20,000 bases of DNA from the IMG/VR virus record IMGVR_UViG_3300020577_009925; one strand, given 5' to 3'. Origin of the DNA: an uncultured virus (IMG/VR IMGVR_UViG_3300020577_009925). Lineage: Duplodnaviria > Heunggongvirae > Uroviricota > Caudoviricetes. How positions within the stretch are numbered: the stretch's first letter is position 1; every line of letters begins with the position of its first letter. The notes below the pieces were generated by a model, which was given only the letters and a program-made list of their open reading frames with translations, searched no databases and was not told where the DNA came from. A program made the translations under genes and the position numbers. Below are positions 1 through 7,529 of this stretch, piece by piece.

Positions 1-71
1 GTGCAGAACAGATCTGCGTGATATGGGTGAAGTGCGATGAACGCTTTGATCACTCGTTTTTTCTTTGCCAT
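1..71 (-). CDS. 5' fragment of a gene running off the window (MAKKKTSDQSVHRTSPISRRSVL...)
   Basis: ATG at 71-69 directly after TAA (74-72), with GAGGGA SD upstream; frame open to the window edge. Confidence 0.6.
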   Translation of the reverse strand, partial: MAKKKRVIKAFIALHPYHADLFC

Positions 72-473
72 TTATCCCTCAACCAGAAAGAAGTTAGGTA
101 TCTCATCGGACAAGAATAGCTCTACTACCTTGCACATCATCTCGGCTAGCTCGGGCGTAACCAGCACCAGATCATAGTCCACCATCGTTTGCCCGTACTC
201 GGTCCACGTGTAAGGTCGCAGGACCCCGTAGGCAGATCTGGTGCCCTCTCGCTCACCCCTGAGCGTCTTGATTTTGTACCACTACCTGACGACTACAACA
301 GCCACGCCGAACTTGCCGCCAAACTCTAAGTACCGGTCGTCAATAACCTCATACTCCTCACCACTGAGCTTGTAGCTAGGCCAGGAATCCTCATGGATCT
401 CCACCTTCAGCGAACTGGGCCAATACTGTGCTCCAGCGGCGACTGTCTTTGCGTCTTCAAGGTTGATCGGCAT
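72..473 (-). CDS. Hypothetical protein; 63-aa ORF (282-473) whose frame continues past a TAG to TAA at 72-74 (133 codons if read through)
   Basis: ATG 473 overlaps the end of the AAA gene, with AGGGAG SD. After TAG (284-282) the same frame reads WYKIKTLRGEREG...IPNFFLVEG* and its stop abuts the next ATG. Confidence 0.55.
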
Positions 474-1698
474 GTTGCTCCCTGTACTCTAGTCCGATAT
501 CGATACATCCAGCCACCAAGTCAGCTATCGACCCGTATTGATACTGACTGATCGCCAAATCAATAGTCGCTTGATCCAGTCCCTTGAGCATGCGGTGACA
601 TACTTCGCGGGCGATCGTTTCATCGACATTCTTAAACTCCACGATTTCCCCGGCGCGGCCTGGCCGCCTCACCGCTGGGTCAATCTTCTGATAGTCGTTG
701 GTTGTCACAAACACAGCAACACCGTCAACCTCCGCAACGCCGCTAAGGCACTGCAAGAACGTGTCAAACGACAAACCGTTATCGAGGTGAACGGGTGTTC
801 GACCATCAAACACGTTGTCGAGGTCTTCGAACAGGGCTATGCAAGGAGTATTCGCCAGTACGATCTTCCAGTAGTTAGTCAGCTCGTTACTGCTCATCGT
901 TCCCAAATCAAATTGGAAGATCGGTAGGCCGTAATCCATGGCGATCGCGCGGACCATCGAACTCTTACCCGTTCCTGGAGGACCGTAAAGACAAGCTCCG
1001 AACTTCCAAGGTATGTTTCGCTCCAGGTACCAGGCACGGCCGCGGTACCAATTCCTAAACTTAGTTACCAAGTTCTCGAGTTCGTCGGTTGTCATCGTCT
1101 GCAGAAGCGTCGGCACGCCCTTACCGGACTCGCCGATATCCTCCTGCTTGCAAGTGATAAATCTGGTTCGGCTCTGTAATGGGCCCATCGCAGGCTTAGC
1201 AGTCTGATCTCCAGGTGGCATGACATCGACGCTCTTGTCTCTCCCCTGAAACACTGTTACGCCATACCGATGCTGCCTGTCATCAGTGTTGACTGAGTAA
1301 TCCCTGGCCAGCGTCAGAAGCTCATCCCGGTCAAACGTACCTCGGATGAAACTGAGCATCTTGAAACCGCTCTGGGGATTGCCCGCATTCGCGCACGCAC
1401 CAAGCCAAACAGGCCAGATACCTAGCCACCAAAACCCTCCCTGCTCCGGCATTTCGAACATCTGTAGTTCCCATTTGTTGGTTCCCTTCATCTGGTAGAT
1501 CCCACCACCAACGCTCGTCACCCCGTGCCTAGCCTTCTTGCCGTACTTGGCGAAGTAAAGACCTAGGGCCTTAGCGGAATTCCAGTCCAGCTCAACTCGC
1601 ACGATTGCGTAGCTGGAGATGCTGATCCAAAACGACTTGACCTGATTCCAGGCCATGGCCAAAGCAGCAACAACTGCACCAATCCAAACTGTGTTCAA
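457..1698 (-). CDS. BCS1-like AAA+ ATPase with N-terminal membrane anchor
   Basis: Walker A GPPGTGKS preceded by WYLERNIPWKFGACLY (BCS1-type pre-Walker A segment), Walker B IALFEDLD, sensor-1 TTN, second region of homology DPAVRRPGR; hydrophobic N-terminus; TTG start with AGGAGAG SD. Confidence 0.85.
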   Translation of the reverse strand: MNTVWIGAVVAALAMAWNQVKSFWISISSYAIVRVELDWNSAKALGLYFAKYGKKARHGVTSVGGGIYQMKGTNKWELQMFEMPEQGGFWWLGIWPVWLGACANAGNPQSGFKMLSFIRGTFDRDELLTLARDYSVNTDDRQHRYGVTVFQGRDKSVDVMPPGDQTAKPAMGPLQSRTRFITCKQEDIGESGKGVPTLLQTMTTDELENLVTKFRNWYRGRAWYLERNIPWKFGACLYGPPGTGKSSMVRAIAMDYGLPIFQFDLGTMSSNELTNYWKIVLANTPCIALFEDLDNVFDGRTPVHLDNGLSFDTFLQCLSGVAEVDGVAVFVTTNDYQKIDPAVRRPGRAGEIVEFKNVDETIAREVCHRMLKGLDQATIDLAISQYQYGSIADLVAGCIDIGLEYREQHADQP

Positions 1699-1844
1699 CG
1701 TACTCTCCTAATTGAAGCGATTGCAGACTCCGGACATCCCTCGGTCTTCATGGTTAGCTCAACTGCACTAGCGATCGAACGAGCCCATAACGTCAGAAAA
1801 CACTCGCCACGGTCATGCCTGAGCAGGACCTTGTACTTGTTCAT
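1695..1844 (-). CDS. Small hypothetical protein (49 aa, MNKYKVLLRHDRG...)
   Basis: ATG 1844 with AGGAGAG SD; stop overlaps the AAA start (TTGA). The longer ORF start (1913) would run through a terminator-like hairpin. Confidence 0.75.
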   Translation of the reverse strand: MNKYKVLLRHDRGECFLTLWARSIASAVELTMKTEGCPESAIASIRRVR

Positions 1845-1871
1845 GGAAACTCTCCTAGATAGGTAAACGCA

Positions 1872-1902
1872 AAGAGCCGGGCACTTGTGATGCCCGGCTC
1901 TT
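1872..1902 (-). terminator. Probable intrinsic terminator / RNA hairpin
   Basis: Perfect 12-bp stem AAGAGCCGGGCA / TGCCCGGCTCTT with 7-nt loop, followed on the minus strand by an interrupted U-tract (TTTGCGTTT), about 30 nt downstream of the stop at 1934. Confidence 0.75.
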
Positions 1903-1933
1903 CTATTAGTCAATCGACGCGTTTAACTACAAT

Positions 1934-2443
1934 CTATCGCTGATACGCAGCTGACCAGTACCAACGTCCATCAGTACCCTGAGCACCCGCCCTAGCAATC
2001 AGTCCGTGACCTACACAGTGACTCGGGTCGCTCGGTGAGTGACTCATACCAACTCCAGCCATACGTGCACCCGGGGCAACACCAAATAGGTGACCATGGC
2101 GTCTATTGGCAGCTTGAGCCTGCGCCTCTGCCAAACAGTGCTGATAAGCTGCTGTTCCAACTCCGACGTCAGCCAAACTTCCTCCGCCTGTTCCTGCATA
2201 GCTGTAAGCCTGATATCCGCCGTACTGCTGTGGCTGAGCTGTCTGATAGCCGCCGTCGCTGTACACCACGGTCTGACCGTAGTTCTGCGAATGTGCCCCA
2301 CGAGCATGCCCAAAGATGATTCCCGGTCGAGCGTTGTTGACTGCGCGAGCAAGTCTCCGCAAGGGTCCGTCAGCATTAAGCGGGCTGAGGTTGAACGACA
2401 GCAATGCTACCACTGCCAAAACGATTGTAACTGGCTTCTTCAT
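1934..2443 (-). CDS. Secreted protein with signal peptide, Q/Y/G-rich linker and reduced CAP/SCP-like C-terminal domain
   Basis: MKKPVTIVLAVVALLSFNLSPLNA-DG Sec-type signal peptide; GGAGAG SD before ATG 2443; C-terminal HGH...GVGMS...HC...GTDGRWYWSAAY resembles the end of CAP domains. Confidence 0.7.
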   Translation of the reverse strand: MKKPVTIVLAVVALLSFNLSPLNADGPLRRLARAVNNARPGIIFGHARGAHSQNYGQTVVYSDGGYQTAQPQQYGGYQAYSYAGTGGGSLADVGVGTAAYQHCLAEAQAQAANRRHGHLFGVAPGARMAGVGMSHSPSDPSHCVGHGLIARAGAQGTDGRWYWSAAYQR

Positions 2444-2464
2444 AAAGCTCTCCATGTTCACGCA

Positions 2465-3208
2465 CTAGGGCGTTGTAGTGACCGCCGGCTCTGTGCCGAC
2501 AAGAAATTTACCTAACTCAGCCGCACTGTAATCAACACTCTTGATCACTTTCGCGTCTGAGTTCCGCAATACTCGGTAGTAGCGTCTCTCGTTGATTTCG
2601 CACTGCTCGAACCGACATGGAACTCCAAGTCGCTCCTGAGCAGCAACAGTTCTTTCAGCTTCTTCCTGAGTCTCGCACAACTTGCTCATATTCGAGCGGT
2701 GCACCTCCTCAAAGGCATCAGCAAGTACCGGCAAAAAGCCTGTAAACACAGCAATGTGTCGCAGCTGTATCAACATGTCTTCGAATGTGATTCGCAGTCC
2801 AATGTTGACAACCGTCCCTACTTCATCACCCGGCCTGTTCGTCAGAGCCAAGAATCGGGACATAATCCTGTCCCACTCTGCCTTCCCAATATCCCACTTG
2901 TAAGCGAACACCGGCTTGGTGCTAGCGAGTAAGACGTCGATATTGGGGAATTTCTTCGAGTTGACGTAACCATACGACAACATCGAACCGACAACGACAT
3001 AAAAACTGTCGCAAAGACCATCCAAAATCTCTCGGCGGTTGCCCGTCTTAAATCCTGTCGTCAACTCTTCAAATTCTTCCGTCATCAAATTCACCCGAAG
3101 CTGGCGAACTTGCTCAGACTGCAATGTTGGGGTCTCAGCCTGGGTAACACCAAATGCTGAATGAAACTCCCGCAAAGCCGCGATCATGCGGTTAACAGTC
3201 AAACTCAT
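2465..3208 (-). CDS. MazG-like / all-alpha NTP pyrophosphohydrolase (DR2231/dUTPase-like) with internal insertion
   Basis: Motifs LREFHSAFG, LMTEEFEEL, EILDGLCDSFYVVVG, AFEEVHRSNMSK, DAKVIKSVDY; ATG 3208 with AAAGGGA SD. Confidence 0.85.
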   Translation of the reverse strand: MSLTVNRMIAALREFHSAFGVTQAETPTLQSEQVRQLRVNLMTEEFEELTTGFKTGNRREILDGLCDSFYVVVGSMLSYGYVNSKKFPNIDVLLASTKPVFAYKWDIGKAEWDRIMSRFLALTNRPGDEVGTVVNIGLRITFEDMLIQLRHIAVFTGFLPVLADAFEEVHRSNMSKLCETQEEAERTVAAQERLGVPCRFEQCEINERRYYRVLRNSDAKVIKSVDYSAAELGKFLVGTEPAVTTTP

Positions 3209-3242
3209 CGAATTCCCTTTGTTAAGTAACAAGGGCGGGTTG

Positions 3243-3257
3243 AGACAGCGCTGTCGC
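3243..3257 (+). repeat. Dispersed palindromic element AGACAGCGCTGTCGC, copy 1 (inside a 30-bp inverted repeat, 3235-3264)
   Basis: Exact 15-mer; intergenic, upstream of the MazG-like gene. Confidence 0.9.
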
Positions 3258-3303
3258 AACCCGCTCACTTGCTTCTGGACCGCCTGTGGCGACCATCCGT
3301 TTG

Positions 3304-3888
3304 TTATTGGTCCGACCTACGGCTAGGGTGACCAACTGGATAATCAAATGCTCCGCAGTTCTCCTGCCAGCACAGAGGTATCCTACCGCTGATTACCTTA
3401 TCGTAGCTTTCGTCGAAGTGCAACGCCTTGACCCGCCCTAAATAGCCTGTTGCGGTCTGACAAACCGTAAACTCTACCCTTCCTAACTTTCCGTCAGGAC
3501 GCCTAAGGGTGACTACGGCCGCCGTAAATGGCGTATCCATCTTGTCAACGTGCAAAGTTACAACATAAGTGGGCGGATTATGTTTTCCGTCACTGAGAAC
3601 CCCGGTTTCAACCAGGTGTGGATGCTTATCCAGCGGTGCAGCTTCCTGCGGCGAGTATTCTCTTAGCGGGAAACCGTCATCAACAACCTCAGTTGTCGCT
3701 TCGTCAACGATCAGAACAATTCGAGGATCGGTCATTCCAAGTTCGGGCCTGGCCTCCCAATTCTGGAACAGCTCATCCTTCTCGTACATCAGCTTGACCT
3801 TGGCAGCGCATTCCTCAAGCGAACTGGCGCTAACCTCCGTGGTTCCATAGCAAGAACAGTCAAATGCCCAATCAACTAGGAACTTCAC
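3304..3888 (-). CDS. Hypothetical protein (probable start GTG 3888, MKFLVDWAFDCSCYG...)
   Basis: GTG 3888 with AAAGGTGG SD overlaps the upstream gene end by 17 nt; the ORF-track start at 3978 implies an unnecessarily long overlap. Confidence 0.7.
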   Translation of the reverse strand: MKFLVDWAFDCSCYGTTEVSASSLEECAAKVKLMYEKDELFQNWEARPELGMTDPRIVLIVDEATTEVVDDGFPLREYSPQEAAPLDKHPHLVETGVLSDGKHNPPTYVVTLHVDKMDTPFTAAVVTLRRPDGKLGRVEFTVCQTATGYLGRVKALHFDESYDKVISGRIPLCWQENCGAFDYPVGHPSRRSDQ

Positions 3889-4408
3889 TGCTGCCACCTT
3901 TGCCAATCTCGATCTTCTCCCAGCCGCAGAAACCCGTCTGATCGATGTAGACCTCACTAAGCAAGTCAGGTCGGCCAATCTCAGCAGCGAACTCAGCTAC
4001 AACCTCAATGGCCTTGCCCTTGCTCAGCGGCTCGTCGTCATAGTGAGTCCAGATCTTCTCAGTGAACTTCTGACCATCGGGACGAGCAGCATCAATACAC
4101 CAGCCATCACTATCCTGCTCGAAGATGCGAATACGCGTTGCCTCCGATGGTTGGATGTAACAGTCGAGGCTGTTCTGAAGCTCGTCGTTCATCTCCTGCA
4201 GGAACATCTCACTGGAGTCTTTGATCAACTTGTTGAAGTCGATCCGTCGCTGCGCACACCAGTGAATGCAGTTGGTCAGGAGATCGGAAACAACAACCTT
4301 TGGATTGTGCTCTAGATCTCCTGCCACGTCCGCCTTAGTCACCTTCGCAAACGTCTCTAGGGCCTGGGCGAAAAACCCAGCCCTGTCCTGATTGGTTATC
4401 TCACTCAT
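3872..4408 (-). CDS. Hypothetical phage protein (N-terminal NQDRA...SDLLTNCIHWC...IDF helical domain)
   Basis: ATGAGTGA coupling with the methyltransferase stop; 178-aa open frame. Confidence 0.8.
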   Translation of the reverse strand: MSEITNQDRAGFFAQALETFAKVTKADVAGDLEHNPKVVVSDLLTNCIHWCAQRRIDFNKLIKDSSEMFLQEMNDELQNSLDCYIQPSEATRIRIFEQDSDGWCIDAARPDGQKFTEKIWTHYDDEPLSKGKAIEVVAEFAAEIGRPDLLSEVYIDQTGFCGWEKIEIGKGGSSEVPS

Positions 4409-5267
4409 TGCTGCTTTCCAAGGTTTTGACCTTCAAGAGTCTTTTCTGAATCACGGCTGCCTGCTCCTTGCGAAGCTCAATACTGATACTCGACCGTCCG
4501 TGCTTCTTAGCCATAGCTGCCGTTGTACCTGATCCTCCAAAGACATCCAGGACGATGCCGTCCGGGGGACAGTAAATCTGCACCATCTGCTCAGCCAGCC
4601 ACTCTGGATACGGAGCCTCGTTTTCATTGGAGAGCTCGTCACCCATGTGGCCGCCGCCAACTGCGCCACACCAGAAGATGTTGCCTACGTTTACCTTTTC
4701 CGGTGGCTTGTAGTCGGTCTCGGAGATATTGCGTCCGCCGTCTTTACGCCTAGGTCTGGTTCTACCTCCAGGTGCGAACTTCGGCGGTTCTCCTGTTGCA
4801 GTAGGGTCAATCCACGCTGTTTTAGGATCGCCAACTGCGCAGATAATGAACTCCCAATTGTTGCGGAGCACCTTGAAGCGACCAGGAAGCGAGTACCGGC
4901 CGTAGATGGCGGGTTTACACATCTTGATCCCCATCCGCACAAGGTCTGCATGCAGTAGGATAGGTTCAGATGTGTAATGCATACTCTGCATTCCAGCGCC
5001 TTCAATGACCCAGCAGACCATTCCTCGAGTTACTCGCAAGCACTCGAGGAATCGCACTTTAGCCCATTCAACCCACTCCTCGCCTTTGAGGTTCCACCCG
5101 ATGCCTAGGTCCCGCTGAGCCGCATAAGGGGGACTACAGATCGTTGTCGACACGCTTTTGGATTCTCGCTTCTTCAGCCAGTTCAAGCAGTCGTCAACAA
5201 CGATTTCGTGTATCTGCACACCTTCTAACTTCGTTCCCTTGCCAGCTCTCGATGTCGGTTTACTCAT
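4401..5267 (-). CDS. Orphan beta-class amino-DNA methyltransferase (N4-cytosine or N6-adenine)
   Basis: Motif IV SPPY near the N-terminus, then EAPYPEWLAE and motif I VLDVFGGSGTT near the C-terminus; no neighbouring endonuclease-like gene. Confidence 0.9.
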   Translation of the reverse strand: MSKPTSRAGKGTKLEGVQIHEIVVDDCLNWLKKRESKSVSTTICSPPYAAQRDLGIGWNLKGEEWVEWAKVRFLECLRVTRGMVCWVIEGAGMQSMHYTSEPILLHADLVRMGIKMCKPAIYGRYSLPGRFKVLRNNWEFIICAVGDPKTAWIDPTATGEPPKFAPGGRTRPRRKDGGRNISETDYKPPEKVNVGNIFWCGAVGGGHMGDELSNENEAPYPEWLAEQMVQIYCPPDGIVLDVFGGSGTTAAMAKKHGRSSISIELRKEQAAVIQKRLLKVKTLESSNE

Positions 5268-5464
5268 TCTCGCATGAACCCCAGAAAGTAATGTTCCTTG
5301 GCGGGCCCAAGTCTAAACGATGCAGACGGACTGCCGCAGATCTCTTGAGCCTCCTCCAATGTATACGTCTCTTCTCCGAATCGCTCCCGCGGCTTGCCAG
5401 ACTCGGGCGACCAGAACTTCATGATGATGTAGCGGTCCTCTTCGTCTTCATCGTAGTCACTCAT
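5264..5464 (-). CDS. Small hypothetical phage protein (66 aa; YIIMKF...TLEEAQEIC...YFLGF)
   Basis: ATG 5464 in ATGAGTGA overlap with the upstream stop; ATGA overlap with the methyltransferase start. Confidence 0.75.
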   Translation of the reverse strand: MSDYDEDEEDRYIIMKFWSPESGKPRERFGEETYTLEEAQEICGSPSASFRLGPAKEHYFLGFMRE

Positions 5465-5936
5465 CGCTGGTATCCACTTGATGCAATGACTGTTCCTCCA
5501 AAAATGTCCGCACGTGTGCAGGTCCATACTTTGCGGACAGCGCTACTGCTGTCACCATCGCGAGTACCGCATCGGGATCTTCCCACTCAGTGGACTCCCA
5601 CATGCAGACCTCACCCTCGCCGTCGATAACGTGCACCGATTCATGGGTCGTGAAAACCCCTGGAACCAACTCATGCAGGCCGTTAATGAACTCCCATACC
5701 TCAGGGTCAGTAACAATGACCACATTCTTCGTGCTGAGGTAGTTAACGATATCCGTCTGCATCTGGCCTGCAGCGTGGGCATCAACAACCAGGGAGCTAT
5801 GCAAGCATTCCATCAAACCTGAGTTGATAGCTACAACGTGCCCCGTTGATGTTGGGTAAGTCTTGACCTCAACTCGCTTGATCCCGTCATCAACCATCTG
5901 ATCGAGCATCAGACAAATGTGATTGGCTAGTGCCAT
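5457..5936 (-). CDS. Hypothetical protein
   Basis: ATG with AGGAGA SD; 159-aa ORF in the coupled array. Confidence 0.8.
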   Translation of the reverse strand: MALANHICLMLDQMVDDGIKRVEVKTYPTSTGHVVAINSGLMECLHSSLVVDAHAAGQMQTDIVNYLSTKNVVIVTDPEVWEFINGLHELVPGVFTTHESVHVIDGEGEVCMWESTEWEDPDAVLAMVTAVALSAKYGPAHVRTFLEEQSLHQVDTSDE

Positions 5937-5949
5937 AGATTCTCCTATT

Positions 5950-5964
5950 GCGACAGCGCTGTCT
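5950..5964 (-). repeat. Dispersed palindromic element AGACAGCGCTGTCGC, copy 2
   Basis: Exact 15-mer on the minus strand, in a 32-bp intergenic gap just upstream of an AGGAGA SD. Confidence 0.9.
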
Positions 5965-5968
5965 CACG

Positions 5969-6352
5969 CTACCAGTCAATGTTGATTAGATACTCACCGG
6001 CTTCGAGCTTGCCCTGAGCGTGCAGGTCATTGGCCACCATCTCTAACATCGGATAGTAGTTCCGCTGCCAAAATATGGCAACCTGCCAATCCTCAAGGCC
6101 TTCCCCGACACTGGCCGGGTCGCAGTTTTTCCAAACGTCAAACTTCACACCCATTTCATCGCCATTAACTTCGATTGGAATCGACTCATTCTCGTAGTCT
6201 TCGGCATCGGGGCATGGAACCGTCAGAGTCACCGTCCCTCGCTGTTTACATCCATCTTGCTGCTGCAACGCGTAGGTTCGGCCGTAGTTCTGCTCTACAA
6301 AATCATCCCAGTCGCTGACTTCAACAACACGTGTCAAGGTGTACTTGAGCAT
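5969..6352 (-). CDS. Hypothetical phage protein (DWDDFVEQNYGRTY...QQQDGCK...AGEYLINIDW)
   Basis: ATG with AAGGA SD; 127-aa ORF. Confidence 0.8.
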   Translation of the reverse strand: MLKYTLTRVVEVSDWDDFVEQNYGRTYALQQQDGCKQRGTVTLTVPCPDAEDYENESIPIEVNGDEMGVKFDVWKNCDPASVGEGLEDWQVAIFWQRNYYPMLEMVANDLHAQGKLEAGEYLINIDW

Positions 6353-6741
6353 GGTGGTTCCTTAGAAAAGAGAATTCTTGCTAGTTCTTGAAAATCCGTC
6401 GCGGGCACATAGATCTTAACTCGCTCACCTAGGTCAAGCTCGTCCACTCTCTGCCAAAACTCCTTGTCAGTTACACGTGAAAGTGATTCCAGCAAGCGAA
6501 GCATCGACGGCGAGCTGTCGCAATCTAAAATCGAACAGCCCAAGAGCTCTTCAGTGCTGTACTCTCGAACTGCACCTATCAAACTAGGCTGCTTAGTTCC
6601 GCGGCTCCACTGAACCTGCCACTTGTCACTTGTGGAAACATCTCGGTGAGCAGTCCCCGTGTGACCAACATCGACCCAAAAAACATCGCCTACTTCGTCA
6701 CTAACCTCGTGCGGCTTGACGCACAGTACCTTAAAAGCCAC
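6334..6741 (-). CDS. Hypothetical protein
   Basis: GTG start overlapping the upstream TAG (TAGTG), GGAGGA SD. Confidence 0.75.
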   Translation of the reverse strand: MAFKVLCVKPHEVSDEVGDVFWVDVGHTGTAHRDVSTSDKWQVQWSRGTKQPSLIGAVREYSTEELLGCSILDCDSSPSMLRLLESLSRVTDKEFWQRVDELDLGERVKIYVPATDFQELARILFSKEPPCSSTP

Positions 6742-7529
6742 TACAGTCCTCCTTCGAGAGAATCGATTGGATGCTGGTTACACGTCCCCCAGTAACGTCG
6801 TTCGTCTCCTCGCATCATCAGCAAATGCGAGATCACGTCATCAGTCGGTGCCATCGCGCCAGCCCATGTTCTGGCGTAATAGCCAATCCCATGCCAGCAA
6901 AGGCACACCAGCGGTCTAACTGGCTCATTGCCACGGCTGATGTACGCCACCGTTGGCTTGTTCTTTCGGAAGTTGTACAGAATGCCACTTCGAGCACTGG
7001 TCTCGATGAAGCTTCCGTTGACAACGTAGAGGTCAAATAGGTGCTTAGGAATCAACTCGGAAAGCTTTTGCATCGCCTTGAGCTCCGCCTCTGCGCTGAT
7101 CTGTATTTGACAGCAGAACGTCTTGATACTCATCGACGCGCGGCGAAGGGCAAACGCGTTAGGTACAACAACATGCTTGGTCTTATCGCTTCCGGGCTCT
7201 CGGTAGAGATAGATCTCTCGGCCCCTGCTATCGACCCAAAGGTTAACAACCTCACAATCTCCGTCACGAGCCACCTGCTCAAACGCCTGCTCCATGAGCT
7301 TGGTATGACGGTAGATATCGCCTTGGCCAACATCACCGTCACCACCCATTTTCGCCAAATCCGGATACGGAAACCGGTCACTGAGCATTAGCTTGGCGGT
7401 ATCGCAAGGAAGTGGATACCCGAAGTAGTGCTCTCGCTCGATGGCCAGATTACGCATTAACTCCCGGATATCACTCCAGGTGGGAAGATTATCCTCCTGC
7501 TCGGATTGGGACGCTTGTGACTTTGACAT
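6741..7529 (-). CDS. Enzyme-like hypothetical protein, partner of the upstream GG-terminated protein
   Basis: Probable start ATG 7529 (or 7457). C-terminal half has ETSARSGILYNFR, CLCWHGIGYY, PTDDVISHLLMMRGDE and CNQH, a cluster of Cys/His/Asp/Asn residues. Confidence 0.75.
   Translation of the reverse strand: MSKSQASQSEQEDNLPTWSDIRELMRNLAIEREHYFGYPLPCDTAKLMLSDRFPYPDLAKMGGDGDVGQGDIYRHTKLMEQAFEQVARDGDCEVVNLWVDSRGREIYLYREPGSDKTKHVVVPNAFALRRASMSIKTFCCQIQISAEAELKAMQKLSELIPKHLFDLYVVNGSFIETSARSGILYNFRKNKPTVAYISRGNEPVRPLVCLCWHGIGYYARTWAGAMAPTDDVISHLLMMRGDERRYWGTCNQHPIDSLEGGL

Noticed and set aside
1885..1913. TTGACT as a sigma70 -35 box on the minus strand
   Set aside because: No plausible -10 box at 16-18 bp spacing; the region is occupied by the terminator-like hairpin.
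5536..5547. Partial matches to the palindrome (GACAGCGCTACT here; GACAGTGCCGTC at 10311-10322)
   Set aside because: Two or more mismatches, intragenic and lacking the full conserved flanks; compatible with chance.
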